Source: a virus (lineage: Duplodnaviria; Heunggongvirae; Uroviricota; Caudoviricetes). Taken from it: a stretch of 19,870 nt of DNA. Shown piece by piece: positions 15,587 through 19,870 of the stretch. How positions within the stretch are numbered: the stretch's first letter is position 1; each line of letters starts with the position of its first letter. The stretch lies in IMG/VR virus record IMGVR_UViG_2579778899_000005; one strand, 5' to 3'. The translations under genes and the position numbers were made by a program. The notes under the pieces were generated by a model that ran no database searches, was not told the origin of the DNA, and saw only the letters and a program-made list of their open reading frames with translations.

Positions 15587-15888
15587 AGCTTCCGGGGATG
15601 CGTTTTCTGATGATGCTGGCGCTCAGGATGGGGCGCACATTGTCAGAGTTACGCCGGGAAATGTCCGCATCAGAAATCATGATGTGGGCAGAATTTGACA
15701 GGTTCAGCCCGCTGGGTGACGAGCGGGCTGATATCCGGGCTGCCCAGATAGTTTCTGCGGTTTACGGTGCGCAGGGTGTCAAAGTCCCACTGAATGATGC
15801 GCTTCTTCAGTGGGAACAAGAGCAGACAGAAGGCGTCTCAGATCCATTTGCCGGACTGGAAAACGCGCTTTTAATAGTGTCTCAGTGA
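15200..15888 (+). CDS. Tail assembly chaperone G-T fusion, predicted via -1 programmed frameshift
   Basis: The -1 frame is open from 15577 through the ATG at 15598 to TGA 15886-15888. A slip at A AAA AAG (15577-15583) would join G residues 1-127 to the T-frame ORF (...KK-VELPGMRFLMM...). Confidence 0.65.
15577..15583 (+). other. Slippery heptamer A AAA AAG for -1 ribosomal frameshifting
   Basis: Part of the A-run 15575-15582 plus G 15583. Zero-frame codons AAA AAG precede TAG 15584-15586. The -1 frame has a stop at 15574-15576 and is open immediately after it. Confidence 0.65.
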
Positions 15889-15896
15889 GTCAACAT

Positions 15897-15917
15897 AACC
15901 GCTTCGGCGGTTTTTTT
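15897..15917 (+). terminator. Rho-independent terminator or attenuator between the G/T chaperone and tape measure genes
   Basis: ACCGC (15898-15902), TTCG tetraloop, GCGGT (15907-15911), then TTTTTTT 15911-15917. The tape measure start follows 11 nt later. Confidence 0.5.
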
Positions 15918-15927
15918 CGTCCGGAGA

Positions 15928-18900
15928 ATGAGTGTGGCGACATTACGTGAACTGATTATTAAAATCTCGGCAAATTCCCGGTCATTCCAGTCAGAGATCT
16001 CCCGGGCTTCGCGTATGGGGCAGGATTACTACCGTACCATGCAGAACGGAGGCCGGCAGTCCGCTGCTGCATCCCGTGAAATGCGGCGTGCACTGGCAGA
16101 AGTGACGGATCAGATAAATACAGCTAAATCTTCGGCACTGAATATGGCGGGGGCATTTGCCGGAGCTTTTGCTACCGGTCATCTTATTTCTCTCGCCGAT
16201 GAGTGGAATTCAGTAAATGCCCGCCTGAAGCAGGCTTCACAGTCCAGTGATGATTTTCAGGTATCACAACGTGAATTAATGGCAATCAGCCAGAGAACGG
16301 GAACGGCGTTTTCTGATAACGCCAGCCTTTTTGCCCGCTCTGCAGCTTCCATGCGGGAGTATGGCTACAGTTCTGAGGAGGTACTGAAAGTCACCGAGGC
16401 GATCTCCACGGGCCTGAAATTATCCGGTGCCAGTACAGCAGAAGCCAGTTCGGTGATCACGCAGTTCAGTCAGGCACTGGCGCAGGGAGTGCTGCGCGGT
16501 GAAGAATTTAACTCTGTGAATGAGAACGGCGATCGTGTTATTCGTGCGCTGGCTGCGGGAATGGGTGTTGCCCGTAAGGATCTGAAAGCCATGGCGGATA
16601 ACGGAAAACTGACCGCCGATAAGGTTGTTCCTGCACTGATTAGTCAGCTTGGGGCGTTGCGTGATGAATATGCAGCAATGCCTGATACTGTTTCATCCTC
16701 TGCAACCAAAGTTGAAAACGCCTTTATGGCCTGGGTTGGTGGTGCGAACGAGGCAAGCGGAGTGACAAAGACACTCACCGGGGTGTTGAATGGTGTTGCA
16801 GACAATATTGATACCGTGGCTGCTGCAGCTGGCGCACTGGTTGCCGTCGGGGTAGCCCGATATTTTGGCAATATGGCGTCGTCTGCTGGATCTGCAACTG
16901 CCGGATTAATTACTGCAGCCAGAAACGAAGTGGCTCTTGCTGAAGCGCAACTTCGGGGGACACAGATAGCAACCGCCAGGGCGCGTGCGGCGGTTTATCG
17001 TGCGCAACAGGCGGTTGTTGCTGCTCGCGGTACCGAAAGGCAGGCCGCAGCAGAAGCGAAGCTGACAGCTGCCCAGGCGTCACTTACCCGTAATATTGCG
17101 GCCAGAACAGCGGCACAGACAACGCTGAATACTGTCACGTCAGTGGGGAGTCGTCTGTTAAGTGGTGCGCTGGGGTTGGTTGGTGGTGTGCCGGGACTCG
17201 TCATGCTGGGGGCGACGGCCTGGTACACGATGTATCAGAATCAGGAGCAGGCCAGAGAATCTGCACGCCAGTATGCCGCAACAATCGACGAAATTCGCCA
17301 GAAAACGTCGGCAATGTTGCTTCCTGAAGCGTCAGATAATGAGGAAAAGACGCGGCAGGCACTTGATGAGCAAAACAGGTTAATTGACGAGCAGAAAAGT
17401 AAGATTAAATCCTTACAGGAAAAAATTGCTGGCTATCAGTATGTGCTGGCAAACCCGGGCTGGACAACCGATAACGGTTTTATGATTAACCACATGACGT
17501 CGGTAAAAACTGTCACAGAAGGGCTTGCAGAAGCAACAAATCAACTGGCAGTTGAACAGTCCCGTCTCACACAAATGCAGGGCAAAGCGCAATCCATTCA
17601 GGATGTGCTTGCCGGGCTGGAGGAGCGACGGGTGGCGTTGATCCGTCAACAGGCCGCGGAACAAAACAAAGCGTATCAGTCCCTGTTGATCATGAATGGG
17701 CAGCATACCGAGTTTAATCGCCTTCTCGGGCTCGGTAATGAATTACTTCAGCAGCGACAGGGGCTGGTGAATGTACCGTTACGGCTACCACAGGCAACCT
17801 TGGATGATAAACAGCAGACCGCACTGAATAACAGCGAGCGCGAACTGGCTCTGTCCCGCCTGAAGGGAGAAGCCCGTGAGCGTGCCCGCCTGGGTTATGC
17901 TGCGGATGATCTCGGCTTTGTGGGGGAGGCGTATCAGACAGCCAGACAGAATTATATCAATAACTCACTGGATGCCTGGCGAAATAACCAGGCAAATAAA
18001 CCCAAAGCGCATAAAAAGACCGAAGCGGAAAAAACAGAAGATATTTATAAACGGCTGATTAAACAGCAAAAAGAACAGATAGCACTGGCAGGGCAGAATA
18101 CTGAACTGGCTAAGATGAAATATCAGGTCAGTCAGGGCGAATTATCAACCCTGTCAGAAGCGCAGAAAAAAACGCTTTTGCAGAATGCAGCACTCATCGA
18201 CCAGAAAAAGATTCGTGAGCAGCTTGCCGCGTATGAAAGCAGTTTGGCGGACAGTAATGCCAGTGCCCGGGCATCTGACGACGCGCAGTTGCTGGGATAT
18301 GGTGAAGGCTCACGGATGCGTGAACGACTCCAGGAAATGTGGAGTATCCGGCATGAGTTTGAGCAGAAAAATAACGAGCTGCTGAGACAGTATCAGGCCG
18401 GAGAAATTGAAGAAGCCCTGTGGAAACAGGAGAAAGAACTGAATAAAAAATATCTGGAAGAGCGTCTCAGCGATCAGCAGGATTATTATGCAAAGGCCGA
18501 TGCTTTACGTAATAACTGGAATGCCGGACTCCAGGAGGGACTGACCAACTGGGCAGACAGTGCCACCGATTATGCTTCACAGGCGGCAGATGCTGTCGTT
18601 TCCACGATGGACGGGCTGGTATCAAATATTTCCGATGCACTGGCCGGGAATGTTGTGGACTGGAGGAACTGGGGTAGCTCAGTTCTCCGGGAAGTTTCAA
18701 AAATTCTGATGAATGCGGCCATTGTTAATGGACTGAAATCACTCTCTGGTGCCGGAGGGTGGCTTGGTACGGTCGGCGGATGGATTTCGGGGGCGGTGGC
18801 AAACGCAAAAGGTGGTGTTTACACATCGGCAAATCTGAGTGCTTACAGTAACACTATTGTGGATACACCGACGTATTTTGCTTTTGCGAAAGGTGCCGGG

Positions 18901-19161
18901 CTGATGGGCGAGGCCGGGCCTGAAGCCATCATGCCACTGACACGGGCAGCGGACGGCTCTCTTGGGGTCAGAGCCATTGGCAATGTGAATGGTGGCGGTG
19001 GATTTGTTTATTCTCCCGTGTATCACATCAGCATTCAGAATCAAGGGAGCAATGGCGAGATAGATGCGCGCTCAGCCAGGGGACTGGTGGATCTGATCGA
19101 CAGCAGGGTTGTGTCAATTATGCAGTCATCGCGTCGGGATGGAGGATTGTACAGTGCCTGA
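15928..19161 (+). CDS. Tail tape measure protein
   Basis: 1077 aa, Ala/Gln-rich with long predicted helical/coiled-coil stretches, located between the G/T chaperone and the M/L genes. Start is ATG 15928 (GGAG only 1 nt upstream) or GTG 15934 (7 nt spacing). Confidence 0.85.
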   Translation: MSVATLRELIIKISANSRSFQSEISRASRMGQDYYRTMQNGGRQSAAASREMRRALAEVTDQINTAKSSALNMAGAFAGAFATGHLISLADEWNSVNARLKQASQSSDDFQVSQRELMAISQRTGTAFSDNASLFARSAASMREYGYSSEEVLKVTEAISTGLKLSGASTAEASSVITQFSQALAQGVLRGEEFNSVNENGDRVIRALAAGMGVARKDLKAMADNGKLTADKVVPALISQLGALRDEYAAMPDTVSSSATKVENAFMAWVGGANEASGVTKTLTGVLNGVADNIDTVAAAAGALVAVGVARYFGNMASSAGSATAGLITAARNEVALAEAQLRGTQIATARARAAVYRAQQAVVAARGTERQAAAEAKLTAAQASLTRNIAARTAAQTTLNTVTSVGSRLLSGALGLVGGVPGLVMLGATAWYTMYQNQEQARESARQYAATIDEIRQKTSAMLLPEASDNEEKTRQALDEQNRLIDEQKSKIKSLQEKIAGYQYVLANPGWTTDNGFMINHMTSVKTVTEGLAEATNQLAVEQSRLTQMQGKAQSIQDVLAGLEERRVALIRQQAAEQNKAYQSLLIMNGQHTEFNRLLGLGNELLQQRQGLVNVPLRLPQATLDDKQQTALNNSERELALSRLKGEARERARLGYAADDLGFVGEAYQTARQNYINNSLDAWRNNQANKPKAHKKTEAEKTEDIYKRLIKQQKEQIALAGQNTELAKMKYQVSQGELSTLSEAQKKTLLQNAALIDQKKIREQLAAYESSLADSNASARASDDAQLLGYGEGSRMRERLQEMWSIRHEFEQKNNELLRQYQAGEIEEALWKQEKELNKKYLEERLSDQQDYYAKADALRNNWNAGLQEGLTNWADSATDYASQAADAVVSTMDGLVSNISDALAGNVVDWRNWGSSVLREVSKILMNAAIVNGLKSLSGAGGWLGTVGGWISGAVANAKGGVYTSANLSAYSNTIVDTPTYFAFAKGAGLMGEAGPEAIMPLTRAADGSLGVRAIGNVNGGGGFVYSPVYHISIQNQGSNGEIDARSARGLVDLIDSRVVSIMQSSRRDGGLYSA

Positions 19162-19495
19162 GCCTGAAGTTTTTAACTGGATCCCCCGTGAGGGGATGGA
19201 GACGACACGAAAGCCATCAGTTATTACGGTAAAGTTTGGTGACGGATATGAACAGCGACGGGCTGGTGGTCTGAATGCGGATCTGAAAACGTTTAAACCG
19301 GTGTTTCGTGTCACAGATGAATATTCCCGCGCCGCGCTGGACAGTTTTTTATCCCGTCATGCCGGGATGCGTGCTTTTTTGTGGCGCCCGCCAAAACACA
19401 ACAGGACTGTCAGGGTTGTCTGCAGGGAGTGGAGTACTTCGGATAATGCCATGTATACCGATTTTAACTGTACCTTTGAAGAGGTCACTCACTGA
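19154..19495 (+). CDS. M: Minor tail protein, lambda M-like
   Basis: Preferred start GTG 19154 (GGAGGA 19141-19146 at 7 nt); alternative ATG 19139. The motif VKFGDGYEQRRAGGLNADLKT matches lambda gpM (VRFGDGYSQRAPAGLNANLKT), recalled from memory. Overlaps the tape measure 3' end. Confidence 0.75.
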   Translation: MPEPEVFNWIPREGMETTRKPSVITVKFGDGYEQRRAGGLNADLKTFKPVFRVTDEYSRAALDSFLSRHAGMRAFLWRPPKHNRTVRVVCREWSTSDNAMYTDFNCTFEEVTH

Positions 19496-19870
19496 TGCAG
19501 GATATACAACAGGAAACACTGAATGAGTGTACAAAAGCGGAGCAATCCGCACTGGTCGTGCTCTGGGAAGTCGATCTGACCGAAGTCGGTGGCGAGCGTT
19601 ATTTTTTCTGTAATGAGCAGAACGAAAAAGGTGAGTCAGTCACCTGGCAGGGGCGACAGTATCAGGCGTACCCTATTCAGGGAAGCGGCTTTGAGATGAA
19701 CGGCAAAGGAGCCAGTGCAAGACCAACGCTGAAAGTCTCTAACCTGCACGGCATGGTCACCGGGATGGCGGAAGACCTGCAAAGTCTGGTCGGCGGAACG
19801 GTGGTCAGGCGTAAGGTTTACGCCCGTTTTCTGGATGCGGTGAACTTCGTCAACGGAAACAGTGACGCCG
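19495..19870 (+). CDS. L: Minor tail protein, lambda L-like (N-terminal 125 aa; runs off the window)
   Basis: ATG 19495 overlaps the M stop (TGATG). Translation MQDIQQETLNECTKAEQSALVVLWEVDLTEVGGERYFFCNEQNEKGE... is near-identical to the lambda gpL N-terminus as recalled. Confidence 0.85.
   Translation, partial: MQDIQQETLNECTKAEQSALVVLWEVDLTEVGGERYFFCNEQNEKGESVTWQGRQYQAYPIQGSGFEMNGKGASARPTLKVSNLHGMVTGMAEDLQSLVGGTVVRRKVYARFLDAVNFVNGNSDA

Noticed and set aside
15598-15888. T-frame ORF as an independent gene starting at ATG 15598
   Set aside because: It is more parsimoniously the -1 frame extension of the G chaperone. The frame is open back to the slippery heptamer and the ATG has no convincing RBS. 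Kept as part of the frameshift fusion instead.

Overview
This window reads as a mosaic temperate-phage region from an enterobacterial genome, with two HK97-type head modules in tandem. Left ~8 kb: the 3' end of an ssb gene, three small cargo genes (one AT-rich and on the reverse strand), then a complete head plus packaging set in the unusual order capsid, prohead protease, portal, gp6-like connector, HNH endonuclease, TerS, TerL, with no tail genes. A ~700 bp repeat-dense non-coding junction (8036-8736) follows. Right ~11 kb: a terminase large-subunit remnant lacking its N-terminal ATPase half, a second diverged portal/protease/capsid set, head-tail joining genes and a lambda-like tail module (major tail protein, G/T chaperone with -1 frameshift, tape measure, M, and L running off the window). 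The most interesting candidates are the tail-less head/packaging element (satellite-like, resembling capsid-forming PICIs as I recall them), the repeat-rich junction, and the AT-rich reverse-strand cargo gene. All calls rest on reading the supplied ORF translations and sequence by eye; no database search was run.
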